Assembly (NCBI GenBank): GCA_040773125.1
Contig: JAXGWV010000002.1
Span: 1-42,295, forward strand
From: Candidatus Dojkabacteria bacterium
GTDB lineage: Bacteria > Patescibacteriota > Dojkabacteria > SC72
DNA length: 42,295 bases
Direction of reading: 5' to 3'
Both the position numbers and the translations under genes were made by a program. Numbering within the stretch: position 1 is the stretch's first letter; each line of letters starts with the position of its first letter. This document shows positions 18,080 through 26,445 of this stretch, in pieces. The notes beneath the pieces are model-generated. The model worked only from the letters and a program-made list of their open reading frames with translations, was not told the origin of the DNA and ran no database searches.

Positions 18080-19116
18080 TAGAATTGCTTTAAGAAGTTA
18101 AGATTTGAATCTCTAAGTAAGCGTATGTCATTAATTCCTTTTTTAATCATTGTTAGTCTATCTACGCCAAAGCCCCAAGCAAAACCAGAATATACATCAG
18201 GATCTATATCTGCCTGTTTAAGTACATTAGGATGAATCATTCCACACCCCATTAGCTCTATCCAACCCGAGTGGCCACATGTTGAGCAACCTGCTTTGTG
18301 ACAGAATGGACAACTAATAACAAACTCACAATCGGGTTCTGTGAAAGGGAAATATGAAGGCTGGATTCTTACCTCCAATGTAGTTTCTAGGTATTGTTCA
18401 AGAAAGTCTTTTATAGTTGCAACCATATTTGCTAAAGAGACATTTTTGTCTATGTAAATTCCTTCTATCTGATGGAATGTAAATTCATGACTTGCATCGG
18501 TTGCTTCGTTCCTAAAACATCTCCCAGGTAAAACAACGGCAATTGGAGGTGGCCCAAACATTCTCATTGCCCTGTTCTGCATCGTTGATGTGTGGGCAGG
18601 GAGTACTAAGCCATCTTCTGTCCAGAAAGTATCATACATCTCTCTGGCAGGATGTCCTACGGGGAAATTAAGAGATTCGAACATATGAAAATCATCATCA
18701 ATTTGTCTGCTTTCTAAAACATTAAAGCCCATACTCTTAAATATCTCTACAAACCTCTCAACTTCCTTTGTTAGAGGATGTTGAGTCCCCATCTCATTTA
18801 AAAAGTGAGGTCTTTCCTCTTTCTTAGTGTTAAAATCAAAAGGTGCACTAACATCAATTTTTTCCTTAGTTGAATATATATTGTTGTTTTTAGATAAGGA
18901 AAGGATAATTTCTTCAAAAGATTTCTTTAACTCGTTAGCTTCTTTCCCATATTCTGCACGTTGGTTTGGTTTAATTGATGAAATTTCGTTAAAAGCTTTA
19001 TTTATCAATCCAGTCTTTGAAATATATTTCTTTTTAAGTTCTTTTAGTGATAACTTGTCTTTATCTAGAAGCAATTCTTTGTATATTTTTTGGAGATTTT
19101 CTTGTTTAAATTCCAT
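18079..19116 (-). CDS. pheS: phenylalanine--tRNA ligase alpha subunit
   Basis: 345 aa. Class II motifs FRNEATDASHEFTFHQIEG and GFAWGFGVDRL. Confidence 0.95.
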   Translation of the reverse strand: MEFKQENLQKIYKELLLDKDKLSLKELKKKYISKTGLINKAFNEISSIKPNQRAEYGKEANELKKSFEEIILSLSKNNNIYSTKEKIDVSAPFDFNTKKEERPHFLNEMGTQHPLTKEVERFVEIFKSMGFNVLESRQIDDDFHMFESLNFPVGHPAREMYDTFWTEDGLVLPAHTSTMQNRAMRMFGPPPIAVVLPGRCFRNEATDASHEFTFHQIEGIYIDKNVSLANMVATIKDFLEQYLETTLEVRIQPSYFPFTEPDCEFVISCPFCHKAGCSTCGHSGWIELMGCGMIHPNVLKQADIDPDVYSGFAWGFGVDRLTMIKKGINDIRLLRDSNLNFLKQF

Positions 19117-19220
19117 TGTTAAGTATACAACATTGTATAGGTAAAAAGGAATGTCCGTATCGGAAAATGCCTAAGAAATGGTTAGATAAATTCAGAAGGA
19201 ATTAGTCACAAAAGTGATAA

Positions 19221-19559
19221 TTACAGAGACTTTACTATGGAAGTAAAAACAGTTGGATTATTTACAGCCAAATCAGCTAGTATCATCCTATTTAATTCTA
19301 TCTTCTTCTTTTTTAGCCCAGAGATTAGATCTTTGTATTGAATATTATTATTTTTACAAGCAGCATTGATTTTTGTAATCCAGACCTTTCTCATTTGGGC
19401 ACCTCTTTTTTGTCTGTCATTGTAAGCATACTGGCCAGCATGCATAAATGCCTCATGAGAGACCCTGTAAAGCCTATTCTTTGTCATTCTGTATCCCTTA
19501 GTTCTGGCGAGTACTTTACTATGTCTTCTTTTTCTAGCTACTCCAGTTTTAACTCTCAT
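19221..19559 (-). CDS. rplT: 50S ribosomal protein L20
   Basis: 112 aa. Typical basic N-terminus MRVKTGVARKRRHSKVLARTKGY. Last gene of the infC-rpmI-rplT arrangement. Confidence 0.95.
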   Translation of the reverse strand: MRVKTGVARKRRHSKVLARTKGYRMTKNRLYRVSHEAFMHAGQYAYNDRQKRGAQMRKVWITKINAACKNNNIQYKDLISGLKKKKIELNRMILADLAVNNPTVFTSIVKSL

Positions 19560-19570
19560 AATAATTGCGA

Positions 19571-19783
19571 CTAGATATTAATAATTTTGTTTTTCATTTT
19601 ATTGCGAAGCTCACTTGGTACGGGCTTACTATCACTCTGTCTCCTTTTTTCTCTAGCAGACTTCTTAGTCCTCAAATGTCCTTGATGGCTCTGTTTATAC
19701 CTCATAATACCCCTTTTTGCACTTCTAGGATTAGACATTTTCACTCTTTTTTTTGCTGTTTTGTTTGTCTTCTGTCTTGCCAT
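19571..19783 (-). CDS. rpmI: 50S ribosomal protein L35
   Basis: 70 aa. KTNKTAKKRVKMS and HLRTKKSAREKRR match the conserved L35 pattern. Its start lies 53 nt inside the infC 3-prime end. Confidence 0.85.
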   Translation of the reverse strand: MARQKTNKTAKKRVKMSNPRSAKRGIMRYKQSHQGHLRTKKSAREKRRQSDSKPVPSELRNKMKNKIINI

Positions 19784-20306
19784 TTGGCTTAAATGTTATA
19801 AAAATATTGTTACCTTCGGATACAGGACTGGGCTCAATGCTACTATAATCTGCAAAATTAGTCAATATTTCGTCAAAAAGTTCCTTTGCCTTTTCTTTTG
19901 ATTGTCTTCCCTTACGAAACATTGTAATCCTAGTAGGATAACCCTTTTTAAGGTATTCAAGTGCCCTATTTACCTTGTGGTTAGTATCTGCCTCCTCTAT
20001 AACTGGGGAGAACCTAAACTCTTTAACTTCCTTGGCTTTCCCTTTTTTATTTAACCTATTCTTTTTACTTTGGATGTAGACATATTTTGAATAATCCATA
20101 ATTTTGCAAACTGGAGGTTTAACATTTGGTCCGACCTCAACTAAGTCTAAAGCTACCTCTTTCGCCATCTCAATGGCTTTACCTGTTTTCACTATCCCTA
20201 CATTATTTCCTTTTTCATCGATGAGTTGAACTTCTTCGACTCTAATAAATTCATTCTTTCTAGGACCAAACTTTTTCCTTAGATCTATTTGTTTGTCAAA
20301 AGGCAT
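19731..20306 (-). CDS. infC: translation initiation factor IF-3
   Basis: 191 aa. NEFIRVEEVQLIDEKGNNVGIV and DLVEVGPNVKPPVCKIMDYSKYVY are typical of IF-3. It has a Lys-rich C-terminal tail. Confidence 0.9.
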   Translation of the reverse strand: MPFDKQIDLRKKFGPRKNEFIRVEEVQLIDEKGNNVGIVKTGKAIEMAKEVALDLVEVGPNVKPPVCKIMDYSKYVYIQSKKNRLNKKGKAKEVKEFRFSPVIEEADTNHKVNRALEYLKKGYPTRITMFRKGRQSKEKAKELFDEILTNFADYSSIEPSPVSEGNNIFITFKPNGKTEDKQNSKKKSENV

Positions 20307-20329
20307 TTATTAAAATAAATAAAATTAAA

Positions 20330-22120
20330 TTAAACAGTTTCTGGTTCTATCTTAAAGGGTTCTTTTGTCCTAATTTCTTCTTTAAGATTATCAACAAACT
20401 CTTGTACTTTCATTAAACCTTCACTCTTGTTTTTTCTTGTTCTAACAGAGATTGTGTCAGTTTGGATTTCTTTTTCCCCAAGAATTATTATATATGGGAT
20501 TTTCATTTTCTCTGCATCTCTAATTCTAGATTGCATACTTTTCTCTCTGTCATCAAGTTTTACTCTTAACCCTGCATTATGTAACTGACTGTAGACTTGC
20601 TCTGCGTAATCGTGATGTTTTTCTGAAATTGGAATAATGTAAACCTGTTCTGGGGTAAACCAGAGTGGGAAATCTCCCCCGTGAGTCTCAATTAGGAATG
20701 CAAAGAATCTTTCGAATGAACCAATTAATGCTCTGTGAATAACATATGGTTCCTGTTCTTTCCCATCTTTGTCAATATATTTAATATTGAACCTCTCGGG
20801 AAGATTAAAGTCTAATTGTAGTGTTGAGACAGTGTCTTCTTTTCCAAAAACATTTACGGCTTGAATATCGATTTTGGGTCCGTAAAAAGCAGCGTCTCCT
20901 GGGATTTCTTCGAACTCTACTTTTCTATCTACGAGAACTTCTCTTAAAGTTTCTTCGGCTTTTCTCCATCTCTCAACTGCTCCTGCGTATTTCTTTGGGT
21001 TTGCCTCTCTATCAGACAAAGAAAGTCTAAATTTGTATTTTGTAAAGCCAACATCTTTGTAAAAGATATCTAGTAAATCGAGTGTCTCATTTAAAGAGTC
21101 CTTTAATTGCTCTTCAGTACAAAATATATGTGCATCATTTTGTGTAAAACCTCTTACCCTTTGCAAGCCATGAAGCTCTCCACTCTTCTCATATCTATAT
21201 ACAGTTCCTAATTCTCCCAATTTATATGGGAGATCTCTATAACTTTTTGGGCTAAGGTTGTATACCATCATTCCAGCAGGACAATTCATGGGTTTGAGAT
21301 AGTAAGTCTCGTCCTCGATTTGCATAGGAGGATACATAGACTCTTTGTAGAAATTAAGATGTCCAGATATTTCAAATAGTTGTGATTTGTTAATATGTGG
21401 GGAAAGTATATGAAGATAGCCTGCGTTATTTTCTAACTCTAGTAAATAATCTTCTAAAATTCTTCTCATGGTATACCCTCGTGGTAACCATACTGGTAAA
21501 CCTTGACCAATTTCTGGGATTATTGCAAACAGTTCTAATTGCTTACCGATTTTTCTGTGATTTCTGCTTTCAAGAAGTTCTTGGTTTTTCAAAAAAGTAT
21601 TCAACTCATTTTCGGTTTCAAAAGCTGTACCATATATTCTGGTTAGCATCTTTTTGTTTTCATCACCTCTCCAATACGCTCCTGCAGTCTTGGTTAACTT
21701 AATTGCTCCTATTTCATTTGTACTACTAACATGAGGACCCCTACAAAGATCAGCAAATTCATTTTCTCCAGTAATGTAAAAGCTTAACTCCGCACCTTCA
21801 ATTTCATTCAAAAGTTCTAGTTTATATATTTGACCTGTCTTGTTAAAATACTCTTTTGCATCTTTTCTCTTCATAAATACCTGAGTAATTGGAAGATTTT
21901 GCTTTATAATTTTACGCATCTCTTTCTCAATGTTTTTCAAGTCTTCTTCCTCTATTGTTTCGCTAAAATCAAAATCATAGTAAAAGCCGTTTTCAATTGC
22001 AGGACCAATTCCAAGTTTGGTATCGGGGTATAGTTTGAGAACTGCTTCTGCCAATACATGGGATGCAGAGTGTCTAATTCTCTCTAATTTATCTTCTTTT
22101 ATTTTTTGTTCAGAATCCAT
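20330..22120 (-). CDS. thrS: threonine--tRNA ligase (no N-terminal TGS domain)
   Basis: 596 aa. It starts directly in the editing domain (HSASHVL, GFYYDFDF), followed by the class II core and an anticodon-binding domain. Confidence 0.95.
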   Translation of the reverse strand: MDSEQKIKEDKLERIRHSASHVLAEAVLKLYPDTKLGIGPAIENGFYYDFDFSETIEEEDLKNIEKEMRKIIKQNLPITQVFMKRKDAKEYFNKTGQIYKLELLNEIEGAELSFYITGENEFADLCRGPHVSSTNEIGAIKLTKTAGAYWRGDENKKMLTRIYGTAFETENELNTFLKNQELLESRNHRKIGKQLELFAIIPEIGQGLPVWLPRGYTMRRILEDYLLELENNAGYLHILSPHINKSQLFEISGHLNFYKESMYPPMQIEDETYYLKPMNCPAGMMVYNLSPKSYRDLPYKLGELGTVYRYEKSGELHGLQRVRGFTQNDAHIFCTEEQLKDSLNETLDLLDIFYKDVGFTKYKFRLSLSDREANPKKYAGAVERWRKAEETLREVLVDRKVEFEEIPGDAAFYGPKIDIQAVNVFGKEDTVSTLQLDFNLPERFNIKYIDKDGKEQEPYVIHRALIGSFERFFAFLIETHGGDFPLWFTPEQVYIIPISEKHHDYAEQVYSQLHNAGLRVKLDDREKSMQSRIRDAEKMKIPYIIILGEKEIQTDTISVRTRKNKSEGLMKVQEFVDNLKEEIRTKEPFKIEPETV

Positions 22121-22433
22121 AATTTTATCTAAGAAATTTAATTAAAAAAGTGTTAATGGAAAAGCACACATTAAAAAGTGTGTGTTGTAAAAACTATTCT
22201 ATTTAGAATTGATTTGTTTGTTCCGTTTATTCTATACACATTGAGTATTTTATATTTTTATATTCTTTTTTGCAATGGGAAGGGTGTAATAAGATACAAA
22301 GTACAAATTCTTTAAGATGACAAATGATTGTCTCAGCAAGTGATTTTTTGAAAGATTCAGTCTTGTTCTCTCTCACTTCAATATTTCTTTGACAATGTAT
22401 TCTATTGCTTGTTGATGGAATTATTAAAATTAC

Positions 22434-22865
22434 CTAGTTTGTGTACAGGTTTTCTTTTGTTTTTTCAAGAATAATTCGCAAATCATCAAATGTTATTTTT
22501 TGAATTGCCTCTTCTAATGAGAACCATCTCCCTTCTAAATGCTCATCATCCATTTCTTTTGTTGGAACCAATTTGTCATCAAGAAGTTTAAAAAGATAGA
22601 ATGTAACAGTCTTTTCTATTTCTTCTCCTGTGTTAGGGTGTACGAAGGAAAAGTGGTGAATATATATTGGTTCTTCCTTAACAACTTCAAAGTTATGATA
22701 TCCTGTTTCTTCTTCTGTTTCTCTTTTTGCAGCTGTTAATGCATCCTCTCCTTCCTGTATCCCACCCTTTGGTAGTATCCATTCATTTCTAACAATTTGG
22801 TGAAGTAAGTATACTTCGTTTTTTTGATTTAGGAGAATACCTCCAGCTGAAAAATGTTTTTTCAT
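22434..22865 (-). CDS. Nudix hydrolase
   Basis: 143 aa with a complete Nudix box, GGIQEGEDALTAAKRETEEETGY. Confidence 0.9.
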   Translation of the reverse strand: MKKHFSAGGILLNQKNEVYLLHQIVRNEWILPKGGIQEGEDALTAAKRETEEETGYHNFEVVKEEPIYIHHFSFVHPNTGEEIEKTVTFYLFKLLDDKLVPTKEMDDEHLEGRWFSLEEAIQKITFDDLRIILEKTKENLYTN

Positions 22866-22880
22866 AAATAATAAGAATAT

Positions 22881-23615
22881 TTATTTTAAATACGGTATGA
22901 AGTATTCTACTAGTTTATCTACTTCATGGGAATAACCATTGACGGGAATTATCTTGAAATTAGGAAACTTCTCTTTAAGAAAAAATTTGTCTATGTATAT
23001 ATCCTCCCTGCCATAAAGAACTATCCCATTCTTTTCTTGAGTAATACTTTGTTCTAGTCCAGAAAACCATGTTATTAACTCTAAATCATTAATACCTCGG
23101 TAGATATTGGAATATACCTTAGAAGAGAGAAAACTTAATTTTTGTTTCCAATAAAGCCTTTGTTTGTCTTGGGAGACATTAAACATGGGGGAAACAAGTA
23201 GAAATTTTGTATTAGGCAAATAGTCCTTGTCTTTTTTTAACAAAAAATCGAATAAAACATTTGCTCCAAAACTTAAACCGAAAATCCAATCAATATTGTT
23301 GTTACTGATTTTATATTTTTTATTTTCGAAATAATCATAAATTTCTCCATTTTCAATTAATTTTATTGTCTCATTTGTTGTTTGTAATATGTTGTTTAGG
23401 GAAAACCTCTTGTAAGAATGGAACGATCCAGGGTAGTAAGGTGCAATTATTGAGTATGTTTCTATTAGGGTTTTTAGATAATTTTGCTTGAATATATATT
23501 GAGGGAGACCAGATAAAAGAATTATCCAGGGCTTACTTAAATCGCTGAAATAAAAGTTATACACAATACCCTTAATCAGTGTTTTTCTTACATACAAGTT
23601 TGTTTGTTTATACAT
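22881..23615 (-). CDS. alpha/beta-fold hydrolase (Ser-Asp-His type)
   Basis: 244 aa. Nucleophile elbow GLSFG, oxyanion-region LLSGLPQ, candidate Asp (GREDIY) and His (GYSHE). Its start overlaps the upstream ORF by 8 nt. Confidence 0.6.
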   Translation of the reverse strand: MYKQTNLYVRKTLIKGIVYNFYFSDLSKPWIILLSGLPQYIFKQNYLKTLIETYSIIAPYYPGSFHSYKRFSLNNILQTTNETIKLIENGEIYDYFENKKYKISNNNIDWIFGLSFGANVLFDFLLKKDKDYLPNTKFLLVSPMFNVSQDKQRLYWKQKLSFLSSKVYSNIYRGINDLELITWFSGLEQSITQEKNGIVLYGREDIYIDKFFLKEKFPNFKIIPVNGYSHEVDKLVEYFIPYLK

Positions 23616-24306
23616 TTGAATATCTTTTACTTATATAATCTAAAAATTGTTCTGAGAAATTAAAAATATTTTTCGCATAGTTATTGTATTCTTCTAAAGT
23701 ACTAGTAGTTTTTTTCCATTTATTTACATCGTTAATAATCGTAAAATCATTATTAAAATCCTTGAAAAGCTTTAGGCATATCTCTCTCGACGGGATATTT
23801 ACAGTGTCTTCAAGTAAGCAAGCAAGCAAAATTATATGTTGGAAACATTTTGCTACTTCCTTGAAGAGTTCAAATCCATGTAAGTTCCTAACGGAGTATC
23901 TGAGTCTATCTTTAAATGATGTCAATTGTATAAGTAAATATTTTGTATGTTTGGGTAGGTCTACTTGTACCTCTTTAATATCACCAAAGACAATTTTTGA
24001 TATTTGAAATCTGAAATTATATTTGATTAAATTTGCCTTGTGGGACACAAATTCGCAGCTTTTAGAGTTGTATTCTTTTTCTGTTAGGTATGAGGGCCCT
24101 ATCTTAATTGAGTGTCTTTGACTTGTTTCAAGGCATTTATTATTGATAGATTTTACATCCTTAAATATTATTTCTCTCAAAACAAATAGGAGATCTATAT
24201 CGCTCCAACCGTCTATGAAATTATTTGTATTATAACTACCACTCATAATTATCCCCAATATATTTTTATCTGTTTTGCCTATATGAATAATTTCTTCTTT
24301 TATCAT
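23608..24306 (-). CDS. Pol-beta superfamily nucleotidyltransferase (KNTase/ANT-like) with a helical C-terminal domain
   Basis: 232 aa. NTase signature MSGSYNTNNFIDGWSDIDLLFVL (G-S ... D-x-D). The helical C-terminal half contains RYSVRNLH, an R-x6-H, HEPN/KNTase-C-like pattern. Its start shares 1 nt with the upstream stop. Confidence 0.75.
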   Translation of the reverse strand: MIKEEIIHIGKTDKNILGIIMSGSYNTNNFIDGWSDIDLLFVLREIIFKDVKSINNKCLETSQRHSIKIGPSYLTEKEYNSKSCEFVSHKANLIKYNFRFQISKIVFGDIKEVQVDLPKHTKYLLIQLTSFKDRLRYSVRNLHGFELFKEVAKCFQHIILLACLLEDTVNIPSREICLKLFKDFNNDFTIINDVNKWKKTTSTLEEYNNYAKNIFNFSEQFLDYISKRYSNV

Positions 24307-25070
24307 TAAGTTGCATCTATAAAATTAATATTTTGGTAAATATCCTCTAATGTTGGTTTTATATCATTGACATTCTTTATAAAAAGTTTAATTACAGGGA
24401 TGTTTAATTCGTAGTCTTCAAATTTTTGGAGTTCACTCCTTAAATCCTTATGAGATTTTGTTTCATCCTTGAGTGAAAAAGTAAGATGATCATACTGTGG
24501 GTTGAGGTATTTAATGATATGGCCATATAAAGTTGATTTTATCAGCATTTTCTTTTCTTCCTCAACTGGAATAACGACTTCAGTCTTATTAGCGTTCATG
24601 TATGGAACAATTATAAGATTTAGAATATTTTTTTCAATTATTTTAAAATAATCATTGGCAAAGATAATTCTAGGATCTCTTAAGATGAGAGAGTATTCTT
24701 CTTTTAGAAACATAGAACTATCTCCTTTAAGATTTATTGGGATGTCCCCATTCCCAAAAACCAATTTCGTTTTTGTTTCTATCAATGTGTATTCATCACA
24801 TAAATATTTCCCTGATTCAGCCGCGGTTGATAATGACAGAAGTGTCTTCCCAGAAGCTATGTTCCCATCGTCTCCAAATAAAACACAATTGCCATATTTT
24901 GTAACAGCACATGAGCCATGTAATACAAAATAACTTCTATTTTCTATTGCGAATGATCGGTACATTACCTGAAATAGAGAAAGCAGATTTCTGTCCCTTA
25001 TTTTATTGTGAAATTTATTCCTTAAATCTTTTGAGTTTCTATTTATTGCATCTTTAATTTCCTCGCTCAT
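24306..25070 (-). CDS. HPr-kinase-like P-loop protein
   Basis: 254 aa. VLHGSCAVTKYGNCVLFGDDGNIASGKTLLSL lines up by eye with the HprK C-terminal core (HG..v..G.GVL..G.SG.GKS..AL). Walker A GNIASGKT. Confidence 0.6.
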   Translation of the reverse strand: MSEEIKDAINRNSKDLRNKFHNKIRDRNLLSLFQVMYRSFAIENRSYFVLHGSCAVTKYGNCVLFGDDGNIASGKTLLSLSTAAESGKYLCDEYTLIETKTKLVFGNGDIPINLKGDSSMFLKEEYSLILRDPRIIFANDYFKIIEKNILNLIIVPYMNANKTEVVIPVEEEKKMLIKSTLYGHIIKYLNPQYDHLTFSLKDETKSHKDLRSELQKFEDYELNIPVIKLFIKNVNDIKPTLEDIYQNINFIDAT

Positions 25071-25503
25071 CTTTTTCGTATGGAATTATAAAATTGGATA
25101 AGATCTCATATTCTCTTTCGAAGTCTTCAGGATCTGAAACGTGTAAAACATTTTTTATGTAAGACGATTCTCCTTCTTCGGATGTTACTTCACAAGAAGA
25201 CCACTCCCCTCTCATCCCTGTTCCTTTATAGGAATTTCCTTTTACTTCCCGACATTTCTCATAACAGTCCTCGCCCTCCCATACGGTTAGTAGGCAAGGG
25301 CCTTCTTGTAGATAATCTAAGATATATGGGAAGAACCATTGATTTACATATTTTTTGTAGAGCTTACGAATTGCTTCGTCTGTAAGCATAACTAAGTCCG
25401 CACTTAATAGATGTAAATCTTTTTCACACAGCCTTTCAATCATTGTATCCCCAAGAGATAATGCTAGTCCATCTGGTTTGAGCATCACAATAGTTTTTTC
25501 CAT
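25054..25503 (-). CDS. divergent nucleoside-diphosphate-kinase-like protein
   Basis: 149 aa. NDK landmarks are retained: IVMLKPDG, GPCLLTVWEGE, GMRGEW and the catalytic-His motif NVLHVSD. No obvious Shine-Dalgarno sequence. Confidence 0.75.
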   Translation of the reverse strand: MEKTIVMLKPDGLALSLGDTMIERLCEKDLHLLSADLVMLTDEAIRKLYKKYVNQWFFPYILDYLQEGPCLLTVWEGEDCYEKCREVKGNSYKGTGMRGEWSSCEVTSEEGESSYIKNVLHVSDPEDFEREYEILSNFIIPYEKDERGN

Positions 25504-25586
25504 ATGGCAAGGTTTTTAATTTATCTTAGTGGCTTTCTAGCTCCCAGAAAAACAATTTCTCTTTGCAATCCAAGGGCCCATAGTTA

Positions 25587-25615
25587 ATTATATGCGTTTC
25601 ACCCTCGCGTGGCAA
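25587..25615 (-). promoter_or_regulatory. candidate sigma70-type promoter for the NDK-like five-gene operon
   Basis: The minus strand reads TTGCCA-17 nt-TATAAT. It is about 85 nt upstream of the ATG at 25503, in a 170-nt intergenic gap. Confidence 0.5.
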
Positions 25616-25673
25616 GTATATACCCAAGAATCTTTTTTATGAAGTCTGAAGAAGTAGGAGAAAAAGTGAGAAC

Positions 25674-26426
25674 CTATAGCAGGGCTCCTCCATTAACACC
25701 AAGATTCTCTCCATGTATATAACTAGCCTTTTCAGACAGAAGGAAAATGACAGCATCAGCAATATATTCAGGTTTCCCAAGTCTTCTTAGGGGTATTTTA
25801 TTTTTTTGCTCTTGTATACGCTTCTTACTCCATGTTTTTAAAGAAAGAGGTGTTAAAGTTAAAGAGGGACTAATACTATTAACTCGAATATTGTATTTAG
25901 CAAGTTCAATAGCGCAACACTTAGTGAAATTTATTATTGCAGCTTGAGAAGAAGAATAAGCACAAGTATTTGCGTTAGGCCTTGTACCTAATCGAGAAGA
26001 GATATTAATAATTGAGGGATTTTTTGAAAGTTTTAGGAGGGGAATAGCATGTTTTGTACATAGAAACTTTCCAATTAAATTTACATTTACTATTCTTTTA
26101 AATTCTTCAGTGCTAAAAAATTCAATAGGACTGTCTGAACTGATTCCAGCATTATTAATTAGAAAATCGAGATAATTAAATTCTTTCCTTATTTTCTTAA
26201 ACATTCTTGATACTTCTTCCTCATTTGTAATATTCGCTCTAATAATTTTTACTTGACTTTCGTATTTGCTAAATTTTTTTAGGACTTGTTTTGCTCTTTT
26301 TTCATCATTCGCGTAATTTAAAATTACTGTGCATCCACTTTCCAGCAATTTATTTGCAATTTCTACACCAATACCTGAAGTTGATCCTGTAACAAGAGCA
26401 ATCTTCCCCTTTAAAAAATCGTCCAT
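25674..26426 (-). CDS. short-chain dehydrogenase/reductase (FabG-like) with a non-canonical active-site motif
   Basis: 250 aa. TGSTSGIG cofactor motif, NNAG, and NISS. The YxxxK position reads YSSSQ. Confidence 0.88.
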   Translation of the reverse strand: MDDFLKGKIALVTGSTSGIGVEIANKLLESGCTVILNYANDEKRAKQVLKKFSKYESQVKIIRANITNEEEVSRMFKKIRKEFNYLDFLINNAGISSDSPIEFFSTEEFKRIVNVNLIGKFLCTKHAIPLLKLSKNPSIINISSRLGTRPNANTCAYSSSQAAIINFTKCCAIELAKYNIRVNSISPSLTLTPLSLKTWSKKRIQEQKNKIPLRRLGKPEYIADAVIFLLSEKASYIHGENLGVNGGALL

Positions 26427-26445
26427 ATTAAATATTAAATATAAT

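Noticed and set aside
22121-22433. Possible T-box leaders upstream of the aminoacyl-tRNA synthetase genes (thrS here; also the hisS, pheS and tyrS upstream regions at 12525-12615, 19117-19220 and 32519-32568).
   Set aside because: I see no T-box consensus (GGUGGUACCGCG-like) anywhere. All the gaps except the thrS one are too short (50-104 nt) to hold a T-box.
25504-25673. A slightly GC-richer 170-nt gap, considered as a possible small RNA gene (SRP, 6S or tRNA-like).
   Set aside because: I recognised no conserved RNA motifs or convincing long helices. A near-consensus promoter for the downstream operon explains the gap adequately.
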